A stretch of 64,000 bases of DNA from the human T2T-CHM13v2.0 reference genome, Homo sapiens: NCBI RefSeq assembly GCF_009914755.1, contig NC_060927.1; one strand, 5' to 3'. Position numbers and translations under genes: made by a program. Every line of letters starts with the position of its first letter. Positions within the stretch are counted from its first letter, which is position 1. This document shows, in pieces, positions 12,951 through 30,328 of the stretch. A model generated the notes under the pieces. It saw only the letters and a program-made list of their open reading frames with translations. It ran no database searches and was not told the DNA's origin.

Positions 12951-15215
12951 TTAATAGTAGAAGGATTGCACTATCTAAAAGTTACTCACTCTGCAATAGA
13001 CGTAAGTCAATGTATGCTAACAAATTTTTTTACTGATTTGGGGAAGAGGCTGACGGCAGGATAGTTTGGGATCCTGAATAGGGTTGGGAGATGAGCATGA
13101 GGGTAACAAATTCCTATAAGTACCGTAATTCTAAATTCCTGTAATTGAGGAAGACAATCTTCTCCACTTGGCTACTTTGGACTAATCTCATTTTATTTAC
13201 CCGTAACTGTCCCAGGTCAAAAAGAAAACCTGCACTGAAGAATTTCTGTGTTGTATGAGCCAGTCAGCCCAATCACTTGTGATGGATGAAGATTTCCTGT
13301 GTTTGTTTTTAACAGGCCTGTCTTGGTTTAAAAAGTACATTTCTTTCTTCAAAGGATTTGTTAATCAGGGTAGATTTCAGGCATTGAGAATAAGCTCATT
13401 TATTCAGGGTGCCAGAAGAATGCACTAGTTGAGTGTGCAGGCCCTAGGCTTAGGCTCCCCAGATTGGAGCCTGATTCTGCAGCCTGGCGGTGGTGTAACC
13501 ATGGGCCACGGTGGCAGTTGTCAACCACCCTGGGAAGCGGCTACTATCATCATCCCCATTTTATAGATTAGAAGCTGAGTCACAAGGAGGTTATATACTT
13601 TGCATTTTATTATCTGATATCTGGCACAGAGTAAGCACTCAATACAAGTCAGTTATTATTGGTAGAGTGTTTAGAGGTCAAAATTTGGAAGCTGTAAAGG
13701 TTATCTTGTTGAGGGCACTTTTCTAATGTCAGCTGGGAGACAAGTTCTGTGTTAGTCTGGCATTCAAGGCCTTCCACACTGTGATTCAGATATTGTGAAG
13801 AGATGGGTCCTACATTCTCATCTGGGGAGCCCGGGGAAGGTTTGCACTGTGGTATGGGCTCCATTCTCATGAGCTATTTGCTGAAAGTTTCTTGGCTCCA
13901 TGCGGTGCTCTACCCTAAGCCAAGAATGGGGTTACCATCTTGAAGCTTATTATCTGGTGCCACTGCCAGAGAGCTCTGCCCTGTGGTCTTTAATGTTTAT
14001 TTGTAAGCATGTGCAACCATTTGGTCGATAATCTTGTTTACTGGCTTTTGTAGGGCAAAGCCTAACACCTTTGGTCTTTTTTGTTTCCTGGGTAACAGCA
14101 GAGCTAGTCCTTGGAGACTCCTGTTGGGTTTTCCTCACCGCCAGTATTAATGTATTCCACAGAAGGGAGGAGAACCGGATTTTAATCAAGAAACCATTCT
14201 ACTTTATTTTACATGAAAACCTCCAAAATAATGCTGGAGGAGTCTTTTCCTTTTCTCCAGAATTTTAAAAAGCAAAGGTCTGATTTATTTTCAATGCTGC
14301 ATTACAAACATTTTATGATTATTTTTAAAAAGAAAAATACAACAGCTCCAGGACAAGAAATTTGAATGGTGCTTAGGACAAGACTCAATCAATGGAAAAT
14401 TTGGTTCACATATAAAGATCATTATTTGTTTCTCTAAACATAGGATCATTACTGTTTTAAAGTCAGTTCCATCAAAGTGCAATTCATATTAATACTATCA
14501 ATTTTTGCTTTATATAAAACATTTTCTTTGCATCCTACTGTGGTAGTTTGCAGCTGGATGGCAAATTTTATGGGGATTAAAAAAACTAATTCAAGTACAT
14601 ATCAAATAATTTCAGAGAAAAAAATATAGACTCAAGAAGGGAAGGCCACGTAAAGTAGATAAACAAATCACATTCCAATTGAGGGTGTTTGGGTTCATTC
14701 AATATCACGTTTGTCTTCGTGTCTCTTGGGTTTCTCCATTTGTGTGATTTTATTAAAGCTCCAATTTACTTACTTCGTGGTGTTTTTGGAGAAGAGTCTG
14801 ACAAGAAAGTTGGTTAACGAGATATAGCTCTGTAAACAAGCAAAGCCTTGCTAAATAGAGTCTAAATGATGGGTGACTATGAGTTTAAAGCCATAATGGA
14901 ATTGAGAATTTCTTTGACAACATTATAAACCATGGTAGGAAAGTGGAGCATATGATGGTATCACTGCAAGTTAGTGTGTATTTGTATACACACAGTGACA
15001 TAGTTTTATTCTTTAATGTTTATTCTATTATGTCCTATTTCCTGCCCACTGATCGGTGCACAGTGACTCTTCCTCTTTAAGTGAGCCCCTCCTCCCTTTA
15101 GTATAGGTGCTAAGGAATCTACACTGCAGGCTCAGGTGTGCCTGGCCCTTGGCAACCCTGACATCTGACAGTATCAATATTAGCTCCATCTCCACTAGCG
15201 GTAGGAAGTCTAAAC

Positions 15216-15400
15216 CAGCGATTCTCAAAATGTGGCCCTGGGACCAGCAACAGAGGCATTTCCTGGATGTGGTAGAAATACAAATTCTCAGGCCTTGACC
15301 AAGACCTACTGGATGAGAAACTTGGGCTGGGGCTTAGCAATCTGGGTTTTAATGAGCCCTCTAAGTGGTTCTGATGTTCATTCAAGTTTGAGAGCCATTG
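15216..15400. mobile_element. MER5A (hAT-Charlie MITE)
   Basis: CAGCGATTCTCAAA...TTTGAGAGCCATTG termini; 8-bp near-TSD gtctaaac/gtcttaac. Confidence 0.85.
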
Positions 15401-17605
15401 GTCTTAACTTTTTCTGCCCTGTATCTATCTGTCTGGGTTTACTTCCTGGGTGCCCACAAATCTATGAACTTCAGTTTTTCCCCTTTAGTTTTCTCATGAT
15501 TGGGTCTCTGGTCTCTTTGGGTTTCTGCCCTGATGTCAGATTTATACTCTAGTTCCCAGCTGAGATCATCAACTTGCTCACTAGACTGGAACCCTGTCAG
15601 CTCAATTCCCTAAACACATCACAGTCCTGCCTTTACTCATCTCCCTCCTGGCTGGTGGCCAAGTCTGGCACTGAATTGGTTGGGCCATTTGGAGCCGGTT
15701 CCTGCTGGGGCATCGCCATGACCTGGCTGCCCCATGCTGTGCCCCCTGGAAGACTGCCATAACACTGGCCAGGCTGACTACCAGGCACTTCACCCCTGGA
15801 CACTATGGTTCACATCAGTATCTCTCCTTTCTTACTAGGCTTTGTCCTATAACCTGGATAACTGTCCTAACCTGTTTAAAGCCCCACTATAATACTCCCC
15901 TCTCCCTGCTGGACCAGATATTAAGGGGCTGCATAAGTTATGACACCTATTTGAAGTCAGTGGATGCTTTTGGAAAACACTTTAAGGGAGTTAGGTAAAT
16001 ACTTTAGGATAAAACATGTTACTGATTTGGGGACAACTTCTTTTGGGGTAGAAAAAGAAATAGTAGAAAACAAATTATATTTTATTGCTTTAAGGAAATC
16101 CTGACATCACTACTTTATGTTCTGAATATTTGAACTCACCTAATAGTGTATTCAGTACTTGCATTTTGTGGGGACCAGCATCCTCTAACTTGGTTTCCAA
16201 GCCCTAATTTTTCCATGCAAGGATCTACCTATTGAATTTTGTTTTCCAGAAACCTAAACACACCACCGTCTTACTAACAGTTCACAGGAGACTCAGTGTT
16301 ATAGAGTTTAATGCAATCTGTGTACTCATCCATGGGAGCCTACAGGTAACCACCACTGTGAAAGAAATTGCAAGTCACATTTATGTGCCTAGGAAGTAAT
16401 TCAAGAAGCATTTGAAAACACTCCCTATTCACCTTTAGTCAAAGCCTTTTTATGTGTTTAGCAATATTCTCAGTACTTCAGGAAGTCCTTTTTTTCCTTG
16501 AATTTGGTTTAATGCATAACCAGTTGGCCTGGTTTGAGCATAAGGTTTCTTATACTAAACTTGTGAGACCTGCAGTGAATGGTTAATGAAAGTGTTTACA
16601 TTTGTGGTTGTATTCATTTAACTTTTCATGAATTATGTATTCAATCCTACTATGTGCCAGGCACTATACTAGGTGCTGTAATAACAGACTCTTGACTGTA
16701 AGAATCTTCTTGGAAGTCCTTTTCTAGTCAGATGGATCTTTACGTGTTGAAGGCAGTAGGTATAAATCTGTCTTATAGATAATAGGTAGGAGTCAGGAAG
16801 GGACTGCATGATCATCAAAATGTATAGATTTGATAAATAAAATGTGATTTGCCTAAAGCACTGTTATTACCTTCTGGGATATGAAAATGAGGACCCAGGT
16901 CACAAGAACATTAAACAAAGACAGCCACACTTTAAAATAGATTTACCCCTTTTCACAATTGACACCAGCTACCCGTTTCTGTCAAATTGTCTGCTCCTCC
17001 CATACTTCAGGTTTATAGCAATCATCTTCCAGAACTGCTTATTGGAGGGCCACTGACTGAAGCCTTTATCCCCTTTTCCTGTATGAAAGTGTCTAACTTG
17101 TGTCTATAGCATCCCTCTGGCTAAGCATATGGCTCACTAAGCAAGTATGTTTAAGCATTTCCTATGTCCCTGTTTCTGTTGTAAGTGCGGTGAGGAATTA
17201 AAAAACAATAAATTCACTTTATCCTTTGTATTATAGATTTCTCTGTATCAGTCCTACTGGATTGTATCTTGAGGACAAGACCTGTGTCTTATTTTTGTAA
17301 ACTCCACAGTATACCACATTGTACTGAATACAGATTGTTGAATGGAAGAATTGATAGATGAATAAATAAATTTCTAGGGACAGACTATAAACAGACATCA
17401 TCCTAGGATTTGGAAGCCTCCTGGAAAAGTCAGTGTGGTTGGTACTATGTCATATTGTTTCACCTTATGAGTGAAGGTCAACTTGACTGCTGGGAAAGTT
17501 AGGGTAGGACCTGCCACTGTACTATTGACTAAGTCAGCAATACCAGAAATTGAACAGCGCAGCCATGCCTCATAATGATTTCCTTTGCTAGACGGTGTCA
17601 CTCAC

Positions 17606-17759
17606 CTGATCTGAAGCCAAGTCAACATGGGGGTTGTTCCTCCTCCAAATACCCAGACAGTGAAGAACACGAGGAGCAGCGTAGTGGTAAACATCATTTG
17701 TTTGGGCTGAGATTCTGTGTTCCGAATAGCTAAGGCAAATGCGATCGCTCCTCGCAAAC
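17606..17759 (-). CDS. SLC9A9: SLC9A9 coding exon (probably exon 12), 154 bp, (G)[50 protein letters not shown](R)
   Basis: Acceptor tttttcctgcaag|GT, donor ATCAG|gtgagt; phase 1 matches the previous exon; GLRGA motif of CPA1 exchangers. Confidence 0.97.
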
Positions 17760-17849
17760 CTTGCAGGAAAAACCAAAGGAGAAAATAAATGCCTTGCAGG
17801 TGTCTTTTTCATTTCAATGGATTCATCTTTACAATTTGCTGACACAATT

Positions 17850-18294
17850 TTTTTAAATTAATCTTTTTATTTTGAGATAATTATAGATTCATAAAGAGTT
17901 GTAAGAAATAAAACAGAAAGACACTGTGTACTATTTCTTCAGTTTCCCCTCAATGATATCATGCAAAACTATAGCTCAATATGTCAACCAGAATATTGAC
18001 ATTGATCCAGTCAAGATAAAGAACATTTCTGGCTGGGTGCAGTGGCTCACACTTGTAATCTCAGCACTTTGGGAAGTTGAAGTGGGAAAATCACATGAAG
18101 TCAGGCATTCGAGACCAGCCTGGGCAACAAAGCAAGACCCTGTCTCTACAGATTTTTTTTTAAATTAGCCAGGCATGGTGGCATGTGTCTTTAGTCCCAG
18201 CTACTCGAAAGGATCACTTAAGCCCAGGAGTTCAAGGCTGCAATGAGCTAGGATTATGCCATCAGTCTGAGTGACAGAATAAGTCCCTGGCTCT

Positions 18295-18331
<37 letters not shown>

Positions 18332-19200
18332 AACATTTCCATCACCACAAGGATCCTTCACATTGCCCTTTTATAACCACACCTACTTCCCTCCCACATA
18401 CTCACTCCTTAATTCCTAACAACCAGTAATCTATTCTCTGTTAGGATGATTTTTGTCATTTCAAGACAGTTATATAAATGGAACCATGCAGTATATAGTC
18501 TCTTGGAATTGCCTTTTTTTAACCCAGCAAAAGTTGCTGGATAATCATTCAGGTTGCTGAATTATTGACAGTTGTTCCTTTTTATTACTGAGTAATATTC
18601 CACAGTCTGGGTGTTCTACAGTTTGTTTAACCACACGTCTGTTGAAGGGTATCTGAGTTGTTTTCAGTTTTTGGTTATTACAAGAAAGGATGCTAAAATT
18701 TACATACAGATTATTGTGTGAACGTAAGTTTTCATTTCCCTGAGATATATGCCCAGGAGTACAATCACTAGGTAGTATAGTATTTGCATATTTAGGTTTT
18801 TAAGAAATCACTCAATTGTTTTCCAGAGTGGCTGTAACATTTTACATTCCTACCAGCAATATATAAGTCATCCAATTTCTCTGCCTCCTTGGCAGATTGG
18901 TGATTTAACTTCTTCATTGAATTGCTTTTGGAACTCCATCAAAAACCAGCTGGGTATATTTGTGTAGGTCTATTTCTCAGTTCTGTACTTTGTTCCATTG
19001 ATCTATGTGTCTGTCCTTCTTCTAATAGCACACTGTCTTAATTACTGTAGCTATATAATAAGCCTTAACATTGGGTAGAGTGATTCTGCCCACCTTATTT
19101 CTTGTTTTCAAAATTGTTTTAGCTATTCTAGTTATTTTGCATTTCCATAAAATTTTAGAATAATATTGGCTGTATATACAAAAGAAACTTTCTGGGAACA
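17850..19200 (-). mobile_element. Old L1 3' portion with its 3' terminus near 17850, interrupted by an AluJ
   Basis: ttttattttgagataattatagattc 3'-end signature and antisense ORF2 tail (ttccagagtggctgtaacattttacattcc). Confidence 0.85.
18031..18328 (+). mobile_element. AluJ with right-arm deletions and a (GA)n tail
   Basis: Alu body; (GA)n at about 18298-18328; TSD aacatttc. Confidence 0.9.
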
Positions 19201-19448
19201 ATTACTTTTTAAAAATCAAATGTGTCAGACAACAAAGAAAACTAAGCTTATGGACCACTGAAAATTAAATAATTAAATGACATTTAAAATTACTCCAGAA
19301 TGATTACATAGTTTTACAAAATCTATAATCTAAACTAGTATATTAAAACCTGTTTTTTCTTATTTTACTTTTTCTTTTGTAATATTATGCTAATTGCATT
19401 TTTATGAATCCATATTAAATATATTTGCAAGAAGTATTAAAGATGAAG

Positions 19449-19839
<391 letters not shown>

Positions 19840-20760
19840 CTAGCAAAGGAAAGGAGCTAAAATGGAAGGTCTCTCTTGGGTAACACACGACATGCAAGAC
19901 ATTTATAGTCCCTGTTATATTGTGCAATAGGACAAATAAAGATTTATAACGACACCTAGTATAAGCCAAAGAGGTAGTGATTTGGTTATTTTTGTTGAAA
20001 GGTTTGAATCATACATATAAAATCTCAATGATCCACTTTTTATAATATTTATTATAGCATCTAGGTTTCTAAATTTCTAAATCTGTATTCGTACATTAAA
20101 GGAATTTTAAAAAGTAGACACAGGGCAGAATGAGAAAAACTATAACCATCCTGGTTTTTGTTTCTAGGTTCTCAACTTAGAATATAACGCTCCTTTCTTA
20201 CCTCCATGCTGAGACTATTCAAGAGACAAGTGGCATAACACAAGAGCCACAGGATTCGACTAGAGAGACTTAATATGTTTTGCCTGAAACAAGGAAATCT
20301 CCGAAAGAGAGAAGAACATGCACTCTGATTATAAAATACCTTCAAGGAACAAAATGTAATGGAGGAAGGAAATTATTCTAAATCTCCACGTAGACATGGA
20401 AATGGCCTATAGATAAGGAAGATAACATTTGAAGTAGATATTAATAAAAAAGTTCTTACACATCAGAAATTCTGAACACTTGAGATGGCTGTACTCAAGA
20501 AAAAAAGGCCCCACCAGAAGTATTTGTGCATTCATACCCAGCTGGGGATAAGAGTGGGGATATTAATAACCCTTAATACTGGTGACTATTTTAATAGTGT
20601 TCTCACCAGGAAATACAAATGGGATCATTAGGGAATGAGAACTCAAGGAAACAGTCGTACAATAGACTTCTGTATCTGAGGAGAGAATTTATAGGTCATG
20701 GTAAAGCTTCTAGCAGTGTTTAATCATAGTACAAGATTGGAGATAGAAAGTGAACTTTCC

Positions 20761-21103
<343 letters not shown>

Positions 21104-23089
21104 TCAAGCTCATAGTGATAGAAATGTCCATAAAGCAGCACCATGGCAAAGTACGTAACATTAGAAGTATTAGACAATCAGTTGCTAAGTATTAATAGTT
21201 CTCATTGATATAAATATTTGTAGTTTTTTAACTTTGTGTCTCTGTGACAAAGACGAGAAACTAGAATACAAATTAAAACTTGCAATAAGATGCCTAGTAT
21301 CAACTATTTCATGCTGGATATTAAGGGCAAGGAGGTAAGCAATCATTAATCTTACTAAGAATGTTTAATAATGTATTGTTATTATGTTAAACTAGGGCAA
21401 CTATGCTCTTAAATCTAAATTATCTATACATGAGCAATTCTTGGTTTAAAAATATACTCAAATATATGTTATACTGACTTTTGAAAAAATCTATATCTAT
21501 ATATAGAACATCTATATTTACAGGAGATGCAATGCAGAGATTTCAGAAACAAATGGAAAAGTACAGCCACTATCTCGTGGCAGGTTGAGAAACATTGTTA
21601 ATCGGGGCCAAACCCCAAGATGTTGAAAAGAGGATGCCTTCTCAATGTTATAACCACCTAAGAAAACATAGATACAGGGTGTTCTTAGAGATGGGATCAT
21701 CTGTCCATAGCCCTGGTAACATGTGGCACGCACGGCACTGCGGCACTGGAAGCACGGGGCTGAGAATGGTGAGGCTGCCGGGTGGACAAAGTGAAGCTAA
21801 TGTAGAACTCCAGATGAGGTGGACTATTGTCTATGTCCTACCCATCCTTTGTGACTCTGAAGTTGCTTATCATACATTTGGAGCCTAGATAAATGTGAAA
21901 CCAATGCTTCATTCATTGATTCATTTAAAGTGTGTGTATTGATTACCTCCTATGTGGAGGCTCTGGACATATTGATCCTATCTTCTTAATGCTATGGTTT
22001 TGGGCAATAGAGGATTTTAGGATTGAAATAGATTATTAGGGTACCAGCAAAATACTAAAAATGAAAAATGAATATTGACTTAGGATTTTCTTTTTAGCCA
22101 AACATTATTTCCAAAAAACACACACCATTTCTCTTAAAAACTCAAGAAATCTAGAACTTGTCAAAACTTGTGTTTTGTATTGTTTTATGAATACTCTGAG
22201 TTTGAGTCTTTGGGTTTTATCTTTCTTTTTCTTTTTGTTTTGGCCAACTAATCAAAATAATTTTATACTTTTGAGGGTCGACAGACTATACCATTTCATT
22301 TTAAATGGGTTTACTTTGCAGAGATTTTGACATATTTCATATGCCCAGTTGGAAATTTAGCATCACCTTGGGGAATAAAGGAATTACCTGCAATTAAATG
22401 TGGTTTCATTTAAAATTGCCCTCTAAGGGATTCTTATGTTAATTATGTTGATGTTCTATTCATAACAATAGAAAACTATTGAACCAAGGAAAGCTTTCTA
22501 GCAAGCACTCGTGCTGCAGAAAATGTGCAGCTTCCTGTTTATCTTCAAAGGGCAAAAGTGAAGCCTTTAATCAATTACAAATTTGCAAATGTGTTCTGAA
22601 TAGGTGAAGGTCAGACATAACTAAACTTAAATCACAGGAATATAAATATTTCTTAGGGCATCTTGATTTAAGGTGCAAAGCAATAAACTAAAAGCATTTC
22701 CTGAGCACTCACTATATGCTAAGCTTTATCCCAGACACAGTACAAGAATGACAGTTTGGCTGCTCTGTTCCAGTGTTCATGGTCCTACAAACATGACTCT
22801 TTTAAAAGGTAAACTGTAAGAAGGTGTATTAGAGATGCAAAAGAGGATACTTTGAAAGTATAGTTTGATGAGGAAAAAGATTGCTATACCTCATGAGGGC
22901 CCAAATCGTGAGCATCGTCATGAACTGATGTGCAGCATTTAAGGCACTGAAATAAATGGTGAGGCAAAAGAGACCTTTGTGTACATAATTTTCTATGCCC
23001 AAATCTTTTTTTCTCATCTAAATTTTCTCAGTTCTTTTCTCCTATAACCCTCATCAAAACTTCACTGAATTCCAAGTTGTCTTCAGAGC

Positions 23090-26040
<2,951 letters not shown>

Positions 26041-26079
26041 TAAGAGGAGGTCATTTTTGTGTTTAAAAGTACAATTAGA

Positions 26080-26452
<373 letters not shown>

Positions 26453-27288
26453 TTAAAAGAAAAGTCCTTTAGATGCATTATTTTGCTGCCTGTCTTTCCA
26501 TTTGGGACATAATCCATTGCAATTCCTTTTTTTCCCCTTTCACTTCAAATACTCTGAAGAAGTTGATTTAAAAGATTTAATACAGTCTTATTATCAATCT
26601 GTTAAATCAAACCCTGGTTTGGGTCTAGAATTGAATTACATTTCGTTTTTACCCCTAATGGAATCCTGTGACTTTGCAAAGTGTACCTACTTTAAGCAAA
26701 AATGCCAGTCTGATTTCAAAATGTTCCAGGATAATGCAATCTTGCTACGTGGTTCCATTTTCAGTTCAACATCATTTTATCACATGGAAGTGAAGCCAAC
26801 AGATTGTTTTCAGTAGGAAAATCTTCTGCATTCAAAAATAAATTGAGTTCTTCTGGAAACTAAGCCTGTGTTAGACAAGTAGAGCTTTCCCTCGTCTCTC
26901 TTCCTGAATTTGAATCATTTAAACTTAAGGCTACTAAGAAGAAATGTGATATAACTTCTGTGTATTTTTATGTAAAGAGAAGTTTGTTTTTAGAAGCCCT
27001 GGGTAGCCAGAAAGGGTAATTGTAAATAGGATTAGCTCTGTCACAACTCTGAAGTCAACAAGCATAGATGCCTCTGGCTTTGGAAGTTTGTTTTTACGTG
27101 GGTAAGATGGATGTAATAGTAAACTGCGGAATAATCAGAATAATCCTCATTACTAGCTGAAATCTTCAACAGAGAGTTTCAGGAGAAAGGCTAACATAGA
27201 TCGGAAGAAAGTCAACATTCTGGGAGTAGTACCCAACTTATGGGCAGCTTGTGTTCCAAAGATCAATTTATCAATTTTCTGTTTAGGT

Positions 27289-27524
27289 CAGTGTTTTCTT
27301 TTAACTGGAGTGATTTTGATCCCTAGGGAATATATGGCACTGTCTGGAGATAGTTCTCATTGTCCACAAAGTAGGAGGGAGGAGTGGGGAGGCAAAGGTG
27401 CTACTATTATCCAGTTGGTAGAAGCCAGGGATGCTGTTAAACATTCTGCAATGTTCAAGACAGTCTCCACAACAAAGAATTATCTGCCCCAAATGTCCAT
27501 AGTTGCTGGGGTTGAGGAAACCTA
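27289..27524. mobile_element. MER20 (hAT-Charlie)
   Basis: ggtagaagccagggatgctgttaaacattctgcaatg and aagaattatctgccccaaatgtc. Confidence 0.88.
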
Positions 27525-27604
27525 GCATAAGTTTCCAATTTGGATCTGGAATTGCTTTTTCCCATGTGACATTATAAATAATGACAATATTCCTACTGCA
27601 GAGG

Positions 27605-28280
27605 GGTATTTTGGCAAATATGGCTATCTATCCACCAAAATCTATTCTTATATATTCCATGATGTACTGTTATAACTTCATAAACTATATTTTCTATAGC
27701 AGCTCTTGCAGCTAGGTACAGCCACGTGACTGGTTCTGACCAGTAAAATGAGAGCAGAAATGGTGTGAGTCACTTCTGGTCCAAGGCTTTTAAGCAGCAG
27801 CTTCTTATCCTTGGCTTTCTTTCTCCTTTCACCAGCTGCAAATCATGAAGTGGTTCCCAAACATAAGCTATATCAAAATCACCTGAAGGGCTTCTTCAAT
27901 TTTTTTTTTTTTTTTCCCCCTCCCCCCGCCGCCCCCTCCCGCCACCCAGATTTCAGGGCTCTATTCTGAGAGTGTCTGACTCAGGAGGTTCGTGGTAGGT
28001 CTGAGAAGCTGCATTTCTGACAAGCTGCCAGGTGATGCCAAGACTGCTGCTCCATGGACCACACTTCTAGAATCCTTGTCTTAGGGAGTTCTGAAGTCGT
28101 AAGATGGAAGCAGCCTTGTTATATTTGAATCACCGCCTGTAGGAGGGGCATCCCCCAAACCCCACCCAGTTCCATTGTTACATCAACCCTGGCTTGTGAC
28201 ATGAGCCAGAAAGCAATGGCTACTGTGATTAAACTGTTGAAGTTTGGGAGTCTGTGTGTCACAGAAGCTTATATTATCCT
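27605..28280 (+). mobile_element. MLT1 (I/J-like) LTR interrupted by a MER5 element (about 27849-28078)
   Basis: cttgcagctaggtacagccacgtgactggttctgacc is MLT1-like; agtggttcccaaac...ggaccacacttctag is MER5-like. Confidence 0.7.
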
Positions 28281-29808
28281 ATGGTTCTGCGTCAACCTAT
28301 GCAATGTGTCTCTGTAGAATCACAGACTATTTTTTAACAGCTGAGGAAGCAGGTGCTGGGAGAGCACCTATCCCAGGTTATCCCTATTGACTCACCTGTG
28401 ACAAAGCACAAAAATCATAGTTAGAGTAAGAATGTGAGTTCTAAGGACAGTTGAAGAAAATCTCCTTCGGCTTCCCTAGGCAAAGGGTCAATCCCAGGCA
28501 ATGTGTTCAGCGGGTGTTCAGCCTCTTGCCCACTCCCTAACTTTCTGTGGCTTTCTCTCGCTCTAGCTCTGCCCCTTTCTCCAGCATCACTGGCACTTGG
28601 GGCCTTCATTTGGCTCCAAGTTCTCCCCAAGCCACCCTAATCTAAAGTGATGTTTTTGACTCTCCAGTGGAAACTTCCATCTCCTTGGGCAGCCAGAATG
28701 AGCTTCATGCCAGGAAGAAGGCAATTGGAAGAAATCTGTTAAGGAAGGGTAGCTCACAATCCTTCCTGAGAGGAGTGCATTTTAAATACTTGTTAACACA
28801 CATGCTTTCACTTCGACTTGTGGCATTTAAAACAGCTTCAAGAAAGTGCAGTGAAATGTTTCAGCCACTGTAGGAAATGTGGTGCGAGTGACCAGGTTCC
28901 TCTAAAAGGAGGGGAAGCCTGTGAATGACAGGCAGGGCACACACTTGCCCTGGGGTCTCCTCCTTCCCTCACATGGAACCCCCAGTTCTCGAAGGTGCTT
29001 CTGGAGCAGTCTTCCAGGCAGAGTCAGCAGGAGGCTGGGAGGTGGGGCTAGGATCCTGCCCTACTCACAGAGGCTTGGTCAGTCTGGGAAGGACTTGGCT
29101 GACAAAGCAGCATTTGAACCTCTCCAATATATCAGAACTAATGATGAAAATTCTTAAATTCCTTAATGACCCTATGGATGGATACTTAGCACAAGGCATT
29201 TTAAAGTGTAACTGCTTCTTGCTCATTTGCACATATAATTTATTTGAGTCAATCTTATTGACTTCTTTTGAACTCTATCCACAAAACCTGAGGGCAGAAT
29301 TAGAGGGATTTGTGCCTGGCACAGATAGACTAATTTTTTGAACATGGTTTGCTTGTGTTAATAGTTTTCTAAGGTTTCGTCTACCCAATGCCAACACAAG
29401 CAAGCAATTAATAAATAAATTCAGGCAGAATACAGGGAAAATAATGTAGTCTATTTGTTTGCCTCTGTGGACATGTTAATTTGGTTAAAACTATCAGATA
29501 CTTGTGATATCTGTGACACTTTGGATATCCTAAAAATCTAAATGTACACAGAAGGCTCCTGAACACAGGGAGAGGTGACACACATTCTGGACTGTCTCCT
29601 TTTATTACTCAGTTCTCTCAGAGGCTGGCATGTTCCTGTTGTCTGCACCACCTCAATACGTAGGACGGTCTGATTATCCACAAGATCTCGCTAGTGTTTC
29701 ACACTCAATAAATGTCTAAGCAGATTGTGACAATTTATATGTGTGAACTTGTTGGGGTGGGGGCACAATATATTTTACTCACAGTAACTGGTATTTTGAG
29801 TCGCAACA

Positions 29809-30120
29809 TTTTTTATTTGTTTATTTTTATTTTTAGAGACAGGGTCTCACTCTTGCCCAGGCTGGAGTGCAGTGTGTGATCATAGTTCACTGCAGCCTCC
29901 CACTCCTGGGTTCAAGTGGTCTTCCCAACCTCAGCCTCCTGAGTAGCTGGGAGCCCAGGTGAGCACCACCTCCCCTGCCTAATTAAAAAAAAATTTTTTT
30001 TGTAGAGATGGGGTCTTGTTTTGTTGCCCAGGCTGGTCTCAAACTCCTGGCCTCAAGCAATCCTCCCACTTTAGCCTCCTGAAGTGCTGGGATTATAGGT
30101 GTGAGCCAACATGCCAGGCT
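29809..30120 (-). mobile_element. AluJ
   Basis: gatcatagttcactgcagcc and ctcctggcctcaagcaatcctccc. Confidence 0.94.
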
Positions 30121-30190
30121 TGAGTTACATGTTTTGTTTCATGTATTGATGCCAGGAGTAAGTCACTGCTGGAACTAAAAGTAAAATATC

Positions 30191-30328
30191 AATGATTGTC
30201 CTTAAATGGAGGGAAGAGAGCAGGAGCCATGGGCCTTTGTCTTTTACAGGGATGTCACTAATGATTGTCCTTAAATGGAGAGAGGAGAGCAGGAGCCATG
30301 GGCCTTTGTCTTCTACAGGGATGTCACT
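30191..30328. repeat. Tandem duplication, 2 x 69 bp
   Basis: Copies at 30191-30259 and 30260-30328 with 3 mismatches. Confidence 0.96.

Noticed and set aside
17588-17845. 85-aa minus-strand ORF
   Set aside because: Wrong-frame overlap of the real SLC9A9 exon plus intron sequence.
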